This document shows positions 1 to 6,904 of a stretch of DNA of 32,000 bases, piece by piece. The notes beneath the pieces are model-generated. The model ran no database searches. It saw only the letters and a program-made list of their open reading frames with translations, and was not told the DNA's origin. Position 1 is the first letter of the stretch. The number at the start of each line of letters is the position of its first letter. The position numbers were made by a program, and so were the translations under genes. The stretch comes from Alkalilimnicola ehrlichii MLHE-1 (GTDB lineage: Bacteria > Pseudomonadota > Gammaproteobacteria > Nitrococcales > Halorhodospiraceae). The DNA lies in assembly GCF_000014785.1 (NCBI RefSeq), contig NC_008340.1, positions 2,070,001-2,102,000 on the forward strand, in the 5' to 3' direction.

Positions 1-96
1 CACCGTCATGCCGCACACGTACATGCGCACGTGACCGGGTTGGATGGGTTCGAAGCGCTCTTTGCGTTGGGTCAGGCTGTTGTGGATATGCAGCAT
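1..96 (-). CDS. cysS: cysteine--tRNA ligase, first 32 codons only (gene runs off the left edge)
   Basis: Absent from the ORF track because it is too short. The reverse complement of 1-96 translates to [32 protein letters not shown]. This matches the canonical CysRS N-terminus (E. coli MLKIFNTLTRQKEEFKPI...GMYVCGITVYD). The ATG is the complement of 94-96. Confidence 0.85.
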   Translation of the reverse strand, partial: MLHIHNSLTQRKERFEPIQPGHVRMYVCGMTV

Positions 97-161
97 TCCG
101 GCGTCCCTGTTCAATTCGTTGATCCCCGGCGTACGGCCCCGGATAGCGGGGGCCGCCCGTT

Positions 162-1595
162 TCATGGCGTGGTGGCGGCAAGCTCGCGCGCCTGCTCCAG
201 CCGACATCGGGCGATATCGACGGGCATCAGGGCGTAGACCGGTCCCAGTTCCGGGCCCCGGCACAGGCCGGTGAGCGCCGCGCGTAGCGGCATGAAGAGC
301 TGCCGGCCCTTGGCGCCAGTGGCCTTGCGCACGGCCTTGGCCAAGGCCGGGAAGTCACCGGCGGTGGTCTCCAGCTCCGCCAGCGCCGCCTCGTAGAAGG
401 CCGGCCCGGCGTCGCGGATGACCGCCTCCGTATCCGGTGCCAACGCCGGCAACGGGCCGAACACCCGCTGACCCCACGCCGCCAGGTCGTCAGGGAAGAG
501 GATGTTGTCCCGCACCGCCGCCAGCAGGGCCCGGCGCCGGTCCGCCGGCACGGCGTCGTCCAGCCGCTCCAGCCAGGGGGCCAGGGTGGCCTCATCGGCC
601 CGGTGCACCGCCAACTGCTGCCAGTGGCTGAGCTGGTGACGGTCAAAGCGCGCCGGGGCCCGGCCCAGGGCGTCGGTGCGGAAGGCGTCCGCCAGCCCCT
701 GCAGATCGAGTAACTGCGACTCCACCTCGCCGGTGTAGTGATGACCCAGCCGCGCCAGGTAGTTGAGCACCGCCTCGGGCAGCCAGCCGGCCTCGCGCAG
801 CTCCGCCACCGACAGGCTGCCGTTGCGCTTGGACAGCGGCGCGCCGTCGTCCCCGGTGATCAGGTTGATGTGGCCGTACTCGGGCTGCGGCAGGTCCAGC
901 GCCCGCAGCAGCAGGAGCTGGCGCGGGGTGTTGGTCAGATGGTCCTCGCCGCGAAGCACGTGGCTGACCCCCATCAGGGCATCGTCCACCGCGTTGCAGA
1001 AGAAGAACGCCGCCGTGCCGTCGGCGCGGCGGATGATGAAATCACCGATCTCGTCGGTGGGAAAGCGCTGCTCGCCCCGAACCAGGTCGTGGAAGACGAC
1101 GGTCTCCTCCGCCGGCACCCGGAAACGCAGGGTGGGCCGGCGGCCCTCGGCCCGGCGCCGCTCGCGCTCCTCGGCGGTGAGGTGGGCGCAGGTGCCCGCA
1201 TAGCGGGGCGGCTTGCCGGCGGCGCGCTGGGCCTTGCGGGAGAGCTCCAGCTCGCGCTCGGTACAGAAGCAGGGATAGGCCTGGTCCGCTGCCTCCAGTG
1301 CCCGATAGTAGCGCTCATAGACCGCGCCACGCTCCGACTGGTGGTAGGGACCGGCCTCACCGCCGGCCTCCGGGCCCTCATCCCAGTGCAGACCCATCCA
1401 GCGCAGGTCGGCCATCAGCGTCTGGGCGTGGGCGCCGCTGCTGCGGCTCTCGTCGGTATCCTCCAGCCGCAGCAGGAAGCGGCCACCGCGACTGCGTGCC
1501 AGCAGGGCATTGAACAGCGCCGTGCGCAGATTCCCCAGGTGCATGCGGCCGGTGGGGCTGGGGGCGAATCGGGTTTTTACGTTTGTAGGCGTCAT
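162..1595 (-). CDS. gltX: glutamate--tRNA ligase
   Basis: 477-aa ORF with an ATG start. The N-terminus '[21 protein letters not shown]' carries the class-I HIGH-type motif, and 'PLSKRNGS' is the KMSKS-type motif. The length and overall pattern are typical of bacterial GluRS. Confidence 0.95.
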   Translation of the reverse strand: MTPTNVKTRFAPSPTGRMHLGNLRTALFNALLARSRGGRFLLRLEDTDESRSSGAHAQTLMADLRWMGLHWDEGPEAGGEAGPYHQSERGAVYERYYRALEAADQAYPCFCTERELELSRKAQRAAGKPPRYAGTCAHLTAEERERRRAEGRRPTLRFRVPAEETVVFHDLVRGEQRFPTDEIGDFIIRRADGTAAFFFCNAVDDALMGVSHVLRGEDHLTNTPRQLLLLRALDLPQPEYGHINLITGDDGAPLSKRNGSLSVAELREAGWLPEAVLNYLARLGHHYTGEVESQLLDLQGLADAFRTDALGRAPARFDRHQLSHWQQLAVHRADEATLAPWLERLDDAVPADRRRALLAAVRDNILFPDDLAAWGQRVFGPLPALAPDTEAVIRDAGPAFYEAALAELETTAGDFPALAKAVRKATGAKGRQLFMPLRAALTGLCRGPELGPVYALMPVDIARCRLEQARELAATTP

Positions 1596-1723
1596 AACCG
1601 CGCTATGTTATCCGGCCAGGCTCATCCGGCGCAAAAGCGGGCGGAACAAACACCCGTTTTGCGTCGCCCCGCGCGGGCGCAGTATCCTTTCGCTGATACC
1701 GCTCACGGAATAAGAGGACGCCG

Positions 1724-2476
1724 ATGACTGCCCCCCAGGCCCCGATACTTTTCATTGCCGATTTGCACCTCGACGAGCGCCGTCCCGAGATCGTCGAACT
1801 CTTTCTCGCCTTTCTCCAGCGCAGCCGCGATGAGGCGGGGGCGCTGTACATCCTGGGGGATCTGTTCGAGGCGTGGCTGGGGGACGACACCCTCCCCGCG
1901 GAGCACCCGGTCTTGGCCGGTATGCGCGACTTTGCGGCCAGCGGCACCCCGCTGTATGTGATGCGCGGCAACCGCGACTTCCTCATGGGGGAGGGGTTTG
2001 CCGAGCTCAGTGGCTGCACCCTGCTGCCGGACGAGGCGGTGATCGACCTCTTCGGGGAGCCCACCCTGCTGCTGCACGGCGACAGCCTGTGCACCGACGA
2101 CCCGGAGTACCAGGCCTTCCGCAGCATGGTGCTTGACCCGAAGTGGCAGGCGGAGTTTCTCGCCCTCCCGCGGGAGGAGCGACTGGCCAAGGCCAGGGAG
2201 GCGCGCGACTACAGTCAGAACCGCAACAGCACGCTGCCGGACGATATCATGGACGTGAACCCGGAGGCGGTGCAGGCGGCCATGGAGCGGCACGCCGTGC
2301 GGCGCATGATCCACGGCCACACCCACCGGCCGGCGGTCCACACGTTGGAGGTGGCCGGTGAGCCGGCGGAGCGCATCGTGCTGGGCGACTGGTTCGATCA
2401 GGGCAGCGTGTTACGCTGCACCCCTGACGAGTGCCGCCTGGAAGGGCTGACCATGCAGGATCTGCAGGAGAGCTGA
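1724..2476 (+). CDS. lpxH: UDP-2,3-diacylglucosamine diphosphatase
   Basis: 250 aa. The metallophosphoesterase motifs occur in LpxH order: 'FIADLHL', 'GDLFEAWLGDD', 'GNRDF', 'LLHGD', 'HGHTHRP'. An SD 'aagagga' precedes the ATG. Confidence 0.93.
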   Translation: MTAPQAPILFIADLHLDERRPEIVELFLAFLQRSRDEAGALYILGDLFEAWLGDDTLPAEHPVLAGMRDFAASGTPLYVMRGNRDFLMGEGFAELSGCTLLPDEAVIDLFGEPTLLLHGDSLCTDDPEYQAFRSMVLDPKWQAEFLALPREERLAKAREARDYSQNRNSTLPDDIMDVNPEAVQAAMERHAVRRMIHGHTHRPAVHTLEVAGEPAERIVLGDWFDQGSVLRCTPDECRLEGLTMQDLQES

Positions 2477-2478
2477 GC

Positions 2479-3306
2479 ATGAGCGAGACAGCGACGGAGA
2501 CGCCGGCTGTGGAGCCTCGGGTGCTGGTGATCGCCGGCTCCGATTCCGGTGGCGGCGCCGGCATCCAAGCAGACATCAAGACCATCACCGCCCTGGACGC
2601 CTATGCAGCCACGGCCATCTCGGCGCTCACCGCACAGAACACGCTGGAGGTCAGCGACATCCTGCCGGTGCCGCCGGATTTCCTGCAGGCGCAGATCACC
2701 GCGGTGCTGAACGACATCGGCGCCGATTGCATCAAGACGGGCATGCTGCACGATGTGCCTGCCATCGAGACCGTGGCCCAGGCGCTACAGACCCAGGCGC
2801 CGCACATCCCGGTGGTGGTGGACCCGGTCATGGTGTCCCAGAGCGGTGCGGAGTTGCTGGCGGACTCAGCGATCGACTGCCTGCGCGAGCAACTGCTGCC
2901 GCGCGCCACCCTGCTCACCCCCAACCTGCCGGAGGCGGAAAAGCTGTTGGGCCGGACCCTGGCGGACCGGGAGGCGCGCATCGAGGCGGCCCGGGAGCTG
3001 CTGGCGCTCGGGCCGGACGCGGTGCTACTGAAGGGCGGCCACGCCAAGGGGGACGACGTGCTCGACGTACTGGCGGACGCCGAGGGCGTGGAGTGCTTTG
3101 AGGCGCCGCGGCTGCCCACCCGTCACACCCACGGCACCGGCTGCACGCTGGCCAGTGCCATCGCCGCCGGCATCGCCCAGGGGTTGTCGGTGCGCGACGC
3201 GGTGGTGCGGGGCCGCGCCTACCTGCACGAGGCCCTGCGCACGGCGCGGGCACTGGGCCAGGGGGCCGGCCCCGTCAACCACCGGCACACCATCCGCCCC
3301 TTCTGA
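2479..3306 (+). CDS. thiD: hydroxymethylpyrimidine/phosphomethylpyrimidine kinase
   Basis: The track ORF starts at 2431, but that stretch overlaps lpxH. The ATG at 2479, two nt after the lpxH stop, gives 'MSETA...VLVIAGSDSGGGAGIQADIKT', the ThiD N-terminus. 'HTHGTGCTLASAIAAG' is the ribokinase-family anion-hole motif. Confidence 0.92.
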   Translation: MSETATETPAVEPRVLVIAGSDSGGGAGIQADIKTITALDAYAATAISALTAQNTLEVSDILPVPPDFLQAQITAVLNDIGADCIKTGMLHDVPAIETVAQALQTQAPHIPVVVDPVMVSQSGAELLADSAIDCLREQLLPRATLLTPNLPEAEKLLGRTLADREARIEAARELLALGPDAVLLKGGHAKGDDVLDVLADAEGVECFEAPRLPTRHTHGTGCTLASAIAAGIAQGLSVRDAVVRGRAYLHEALRTARALGQGAGPVNHRHTIRPF

Positions 3307-3316
3307 GTCAGACCGC

Positions 3317-3366
3317 GGGCGAGGCGCCCGCCGCGCCGCTAGCGGACACGGCGCGGCGTCTCGCCC
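3317..3366. terminator. GC-rich imperfect hairpin between convergent thiD and the PCuAC gene (possible bidirectional terminator)
   Basis: gggcgag(3317-3323)...ctcgccc(3360-3366) encloses a second stem, cgccgcgcc/ggcgcggcg. There is no clear U-tract. Confidence 0.35.
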
Positions 3367-3375
3367 CAGGACCTG

Positions 3376-3825
3376 TCAGTGGCCATGACCCCCACCCCGG
3401 TGATCCCGCACCGGGGCCTGCAGGGTCAGCTCCGTGCCATCATCCAGCTCCAGGATGAGTTCTACATTGCTGCCAGTCTCGGGCATCGCCGGCAGCTCCA
3501 TCAGCATCACGTGCAGGCCGCCCGGCTCCAGGCTGACGGTCTCGCCGGCGGGCACCTCGATGTCCGGCACCTCGCGCATGCGCATCACGCCGTCGTCGTG
3601 GATGTGGGTGTGCAGTTCCACCCGCTCCGTGGTCCCCGGTGCCTGCGCCCGCACCACGCGCACCGCCTCGTCGCGGGTGTTCTCAAGCTGCATGTAGGCC
3701 GCCGTGGAGTGGTGGCCCGGCGGCATGGCGCGCACCCAGGGGTCGCTCACCTCCAGCGCCTGCACCGTGCCCATGAGGGAGGCCGTCAGCAGCCCGGCCA
3801 GGGTCAGTTGGGTCGTGGTCTTCAT
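3376..3825 (-). CDS. periplasmic copper chaperone PCu(A)C (DUF461 family)
   Basis: 149 aa with a signal peptide (MKTTTQLTLAGLLTASLMGTVQA). Family-typical features are 'AAYMQLEN', the Met/His motif 'VELHTHIHDDGVMRMREV' and 'GGLHVMLM'. The tail is His-rich (RGGGHGH). An SD ggagga lies 10 nt upstream. It sits immediately downstream of SCO1. Confidence 0.85.
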   Translation of the reverse strand: MKTTTQLTLAGLLTASLMGTVQALEVSDPWVRAMPPGHHSTAAYMQLENTRDEAVRVVRAQAPGTTERVELHTHIHDDGVMRMREVPDIEVPAGETVSLEPGGLHVMLMELPAMPETGSNVELILELDDGTELTLQAPVRDHRGGGHGH

Positions 3826-3864
3826 CGGTTTCCGTTCCTCCGCTGGTTTTTGCGGTTCACCCCA

Positions 3865-4488
3865 TTACAGCGCCGCGCGCAAGGCGGCGGCCATTTCGGC
3901 GGGATCCATGCCGTGGGGCAGGATCTCGTCGAGTTCGCCCTGGCGGTCCACCAGGTAGAAGAATGAAGAGTGGTCCACCAGGTAGCCGGCCTGGCCCTCC
4001 TCCTCGACCTTGCGGTACGCCGCGCCGTAGCGGTCGGCGATCTCGCGAATAACCTCCGGATCGCCGGTCAGGCCGACGATGTCCTCATGAAACCAGCGCG
4101 CGTAGTGGTCCAGGTGGTCCAGGGTGTCACGCTCCGGGTCAATGCTGACGAACAGCGGTTGCACCTGCGCCCGCGCCTCGTCATCGAGCTGCTCCAGCGC
4201 GGCAGCCACCCGGGCGAGCGAGTCGGGGCAGACATCGGGGCAGAAGACGTAACCGAAATAGATGAGCACCAGCTTGCCCTCGAAATCGGAGAGCGAGACC
4301 TCGCCCTGCTTGCTGATGAGGGTGAAGTCACCGCCCACCGGCTCGGCCACCAGCTCCAGGCGCTCGTGCCCGCCGTCCGCGCCCTCCGGCTCCGACGGCG
4401 CCATACCCACCACCAGCCAATAGAGCGTACCCAACAGCAATAGGATCAGCAGGATCAGCAGCGCGGTGACATGGGGCTTTCCCTTCAT
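3865..4488 (-). CDS. SCO1/SenC family copper chaperone (thioredoxin fold)
   Basis: N-terminal TM helix, a CxxxC copper site 'FCPDVCP', and the conserved 'LVDHSSFFYLVD' His. The track start at 4491 is a TTG. The next codon, at 4488, is an ATG with 'gggag' upstream, so I use 4488. The start lies 3 nt after the upstream gene's stop. Confidence 0.9.
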   Translation of the reverse strand: MKGKPHVTALLILLILLLLGTLYWLVVGMAPSEPEGADGGHERLELVAEPVGGDFTLISKQGEVSLSDFEGKLVLIYFGYVFCPDVCPDSLARVAAALEQLDDEARAQVQPLFVSIDPERDTLDHLDHYARWFHEDIVGLTGDPEVIREIADRYGAAYRKVEEEGQAGYLVDHSSFFYLVDRQGELDEILPHGMDPAEMAAALRAAL

Positions 4489-4491
4489 CAA

Positions 4492-5016
4492 TCACTCCCT
4501 ATCCAATGCATCGGCCGGCAGATCGCCGGCGTCGTCGCGGCGGGTCAGGAACCGGAATCGCGCGGTGTAAAGGTCCTCGTCGGCCTCACCCCGATGCAGC
4601 ATCACCGTGGCCTCCCAGGTCATTTGATCGGCCACGCACAAGGGCAGGATGCCCAGGCTTTGCCAACGCCCGTCCCGCCGTTCCAGCTCCGGACGGTTAT
4701 AGCCCATGTACATTTCCACGCCCTGGAAGTCCACTTGGACCCGCTCGGGCGGGGTCGGCCCTGTCACCTCCGCATGCAGCTGCAGCCGCTGCTGCATGCG
4801 GATAGGGCGGGGGGTAATCGCGAATGTCAACTGTGTTCCATCAGGCCAGTGCGCCTCGCAGGCACCCCGATGCAGGTCGCAGTCACCGTCGACCCGGGCC
4901 TCGTTACCCGCGGTGGGCTGTAAAAGAGAAGGCCCCCTCCAGCCCAGCACGATAAGCAGGGCCAAGATGAGGGCCATAACCACCACAGTGAGGATCTGAT
5001 TAATGGACACGGCCAT
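4492..5016 (-). CDS. membrane-anchored hypothetical protein, first gene of the SCO1/PCuAC operon (possibly a FixH/YtkA-like fold)
   Basis: 174 aa with an ATG start and 'aggag' just upstream. One N-terminal TM helix (ILTVVVMALILALLIVLGW) is followed by a soluble domain with three Cys. It is tightly packed against SCO1. The FixH/YtkA-like assignment comes from recollection only. Confidence 0.6.
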   Translation of the reverse strand: MAVSINQILTVVVMALILALLIVLGWRGPSLLQPTAGNEARVDGDCDLHRGACEAHWPDGTQLTFAITPRPIRMQQRLQLHAEVTGPTPPERVQVDFQGVEMYMGYNRPELERRDGRWQSLGILPLCVADQMTWEATVMLHRGEADEDLYTARFRFLTRRDDAGDLPADALDRE

Positions 5017-5085
5017 ACTCCTGCAGAAACCGGGCCAACTCTTTACACCCGGCGAAACAGCGGGTTAGCGGTGCAGACCGTCGGC

Positions 5086-5130
5086 GCCCTGTGGCAGATC
5101 GCGCGGTGGGTGTGTGATTTGCCACAGGGC
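5086..5130 (-). promoter_or_regulatory. 11-bp inverted repeat (gccctgtggca / tgccacagggc, 23-nt spacer) in the putative leader or promoter of the copper-chaperone operon
   Basis: The arms at 5086-5096 and 5120-5130 are perfect reverse complements. They lie 70-115 nt upstream of the ATG at 5016. Confidence 0.3.
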
Positions 5131-5300
5131 CGCCACCCGGTGCCCGTTGCAGGACTGTATCAGATCCGCCAGCGGCGCCCGTCAGCACGCCGGCAAGTCG
5201 GCGGCGTGTCCGCACAGGGCTTCGGCGCCCGGCGGATAACGGGCGAACGGCACTTCGGGTCAGGAAACGGGAATTACGGGCCGCCATGGCCGCGTTCCGG

Positions 5301-5346
5301 TCACGGGGAGGCACCGATGCGGATCACGGGGAGGCACCGATGCGGA
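5301..5346. repeat. perfect 23-bp tandem duplication tcacggggaggcaccgatgcgga x2
   Basis: 5301-5323 and 5324-5346 are identical. A third partial copy of the core (ccggtgcgga) lies at 5357-5366. Confidence 0.9.
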
Positions 5347-5445
5347 CAGTACAACCCCGGTGCGGACAAGCAGAGGGATATAGACGCCAGAATACCGAAG
5401 CGACGGCCGCCGCTGCCAGTGCCCGGGAAAAATTCAACAGGCAGC

Positions 5446-5473
5446 GTCGGAGGCGCCTGTAAGCGCCTCCGAC
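5446..5473 (-). terminator. perfect 11-bp stem / 6-nt loop hairpin downstream of the small membrane-protein gene
   Basis: gtcggaggcgc-ctgtaa-gcgcctccgac starts 45 nt after the stop at 5519. On the minus strand a T5 run (5428-5432) follows, but only after a 13-nt gap, so this is not a textbook intrinsic terminator. Confidence 0.4.
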
Positions 5474-5518
5474 ACCCCGATGGTCATGGCTACGACGGCA
5501 GGGGCCGCCGCCCGGCGG

Positions 5519-5707
5519 TTAATGGCTAGGGTGTCGGTGACTGCCGGGTATACCGCCCTTGTCCTGTCCCTCCGCCTGATCCGGCTTTTTCGCCGACTTG
5601 CGGATGAACATCGTAATCAGAAAGGCCATCATGCCGATCATAAAGACAATGACGAACAGCGAGAGAAGGCCAATCCAGGTGGTCAACAGTTCTGCCCAGA
5701 GTTCCAT
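5519..5707 (-). CDS. small single-pass membrane protein (resembles the DUF3149 family)
   Basis: 62 aa: MELWAELLTTWIGLLSLFVIVFMIGMMAFLITMFIRKSAKK..., one TM helix followed by a basic, hydrophilic tail. A good SD (aaaggataaggcATG) and an AT-rich upstream region are present. The family assignment is from memory only. Confidence 0.55.
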   Translation of the reverse strand: MELWAELLTTWIGLLSLFVIVFMIGMMAFLITMFIRKSAKKPDQAEGQDKGGIPGSHRHPSH

Positions 5708-5829
5708 ATGCCTTATCCTTTGTTTTGCAATCGGGGTGCTTGAAACCTATCGCGACACTCAACATTTACATCTATCTCACATGGGCATTTAAGATAATCC
5801 ACCCTCTGCCCTGGGATCGCAAGAGGGAC

Positions 5830-5844
5830 GTGACAACGTGTCAC
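5830..5844. promoter_or_regulatory. palindrome GTGACA-N3-TGTCAC in the AT-rich region upstream of the small membrane-protein gene
   Basis: gtgacaacgtgtcac has perfect 6-bp half-sites. It lies about 125-135 nt upstream of the ATG at 5707. No regulator is assigned. Confidence 0.2.
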
Positions 5845-5951
5845 CATTAATTAGTTTTAGGCCCTGTGTCTTTCCCCGCGAAATCCCCGGCCCAATATTA
5901 AGAAGCAACGCCCCTAAGGAAACGCTGGAACATGGCGACGTCCACCACTGC

Positions 5952-6822
5952 GGGCGCGGGTCCGCCCCCCGTCACTGCGAGGAGGCGAAGCCGACGCGGC
6001 AGTCTACCGCCCTGGATCGCCACGGGCCTGCGGCCCTCGCGATGACGGTGGGGGTGCCACCGCCCCCGTCACTGCGGAGGCGAAGCCGACGCGGCAGTCT
6101 ACCGCCCTGGATCGCCGCGGGCCTGCGGCCCTCGCGATGACGGTGGGGGTGCCACCGCCCCCGTCACTGCGAGGAGGCGAAGCCGACGCGGCAGTCTACC
6201 GCCCTGGATCGCCACGGGCCTTCGGCCCTCGCGATGACGGTGGGGGTGCCGCCGCCCCCGTCACTGCGAGGAGGCGAAGCCGACGCGGCAGTCTACCGCC
6301 CTGGATCGCCGCGGGCCTGCGGCCCTCGCGATGACGGTGGGGGTGCCGCCGCCCCCGTCACTGCGAGGAGGCGAAGCCGACGCGGCAGTCTACCGCCCTG
6401 GATCGCCGCGGGCCTGCGGCCCTCGCGATGACGGTGGGGGTGCCACCGCCCCCGTCACTGCGAGGAGGCGAAGCCGACGCGGCAGTCTACCGCCCTGGAT
6501 CGCCACGGGCCTTCGGCCCTCGCGATGACGGTGGGGGTGCCGCCGCCCCCGTCACTGCGAGGAGGCGAAGCCGACGCGGCAGTCTACCGCCCTGGATCGC
6601 CGCGGGCCTGCGGCCCTCGCGATGACGGTGGGGGTGCCACCGCCCCCGTCACTGCGAGGAGGCGAAGCCGACGCGGCAGTCTACCGCCCTGGATCGCCGC
6701 GGGCCTGCGGCCCTCGCGATGACGGTGGGGGTGCCGCCGCCCCCGTCACTGCGAGGAGGCGAAGCCGACGCGGCAGTCTACCGCCCTGGATCGCCGCGGG
6801 CCTGCGGCCCTCGCGATGACGG
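5952..6822. repeat. tandem array of nine ~97-bp units, each an imperfect palindrome; non-coding
   Basis: The 'atgacgg' unit ends start at 6042, 6137, 6234, 6331, 6428, 6525, 6622, 6719 and 6816. The spacing is 97 bp throughout, except one 95-bp unit at 6049-6143. Units are near-identical, differing at three sites. Stop codons occur within two units in the frames on both strands. Confidence 0.97.
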
Positions 6823-6880
6823 GGAGGAGGTGGTGGCCCTCGCGATGACGGGGAGGAGGTGGTGGCCCTGGCGATGACGG
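6823..6880. repeat. two 29-bp mini-units (ggaggaggtggtggccctSgcgatgacgg) that reuse the 3' end of the 97-bp unit
   Basis: The units are 6823-6851 and 6852-6880, and they differ by one base (c/g). They end 24 nt before the Zn-peptidase stop codon. Confidence 0.9.
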
Positions 6881-6904
6881 GAGTGGTGGCGCTGCCGCTG
6901 ACCT

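Noticed and set aside
44-60. tRNA T-arm-like 'gggttcgaagc' near the left edge
   Set aside because: It lies inside the cysS coding sequence on the opposite strand. No acceptor or anticodon stems can be built around it.
5000-5529. ORFs 5000..5314 (-, 104 aa) and 5071..5529 (+, 152 aa) as genes filling the 500-bp gap
   Set aside because: Both mutually overlapping ORFs translate to Arg/Gly/Pro-rich sequence. Neither has hydrophobic-core periodicity, a recognisable motif or an SD. I treat the region as non-coding pending a BLASTX check.
6137-6819. Six staggered 65-aa ORFs (MTVGVPPPPSLRGGEADAAVY...) and the tail of ORF 5838..6140, considered as real genes or a repeat protein
   Set aside because: They are the same repeat read in shifting frames, because 97 is not divisible by 3. 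Each ends at the TGA within the next-but-one 'atgacgg'. They have no SD and give low-complexity Pro/Arg/Gly translations.
5952-6880. CRISPR array interpretation of the regularly spaced 97-bp repeats
   Set aside because: In a CRISPR array the spacers differ. Here the whole 97-bp period is repeated almost identically, so there are no unique spacers. A 97-bp period is also atypical for CRISPR, and no cas genes occur in the window. This is a tandem repeat, not a CRISPR.
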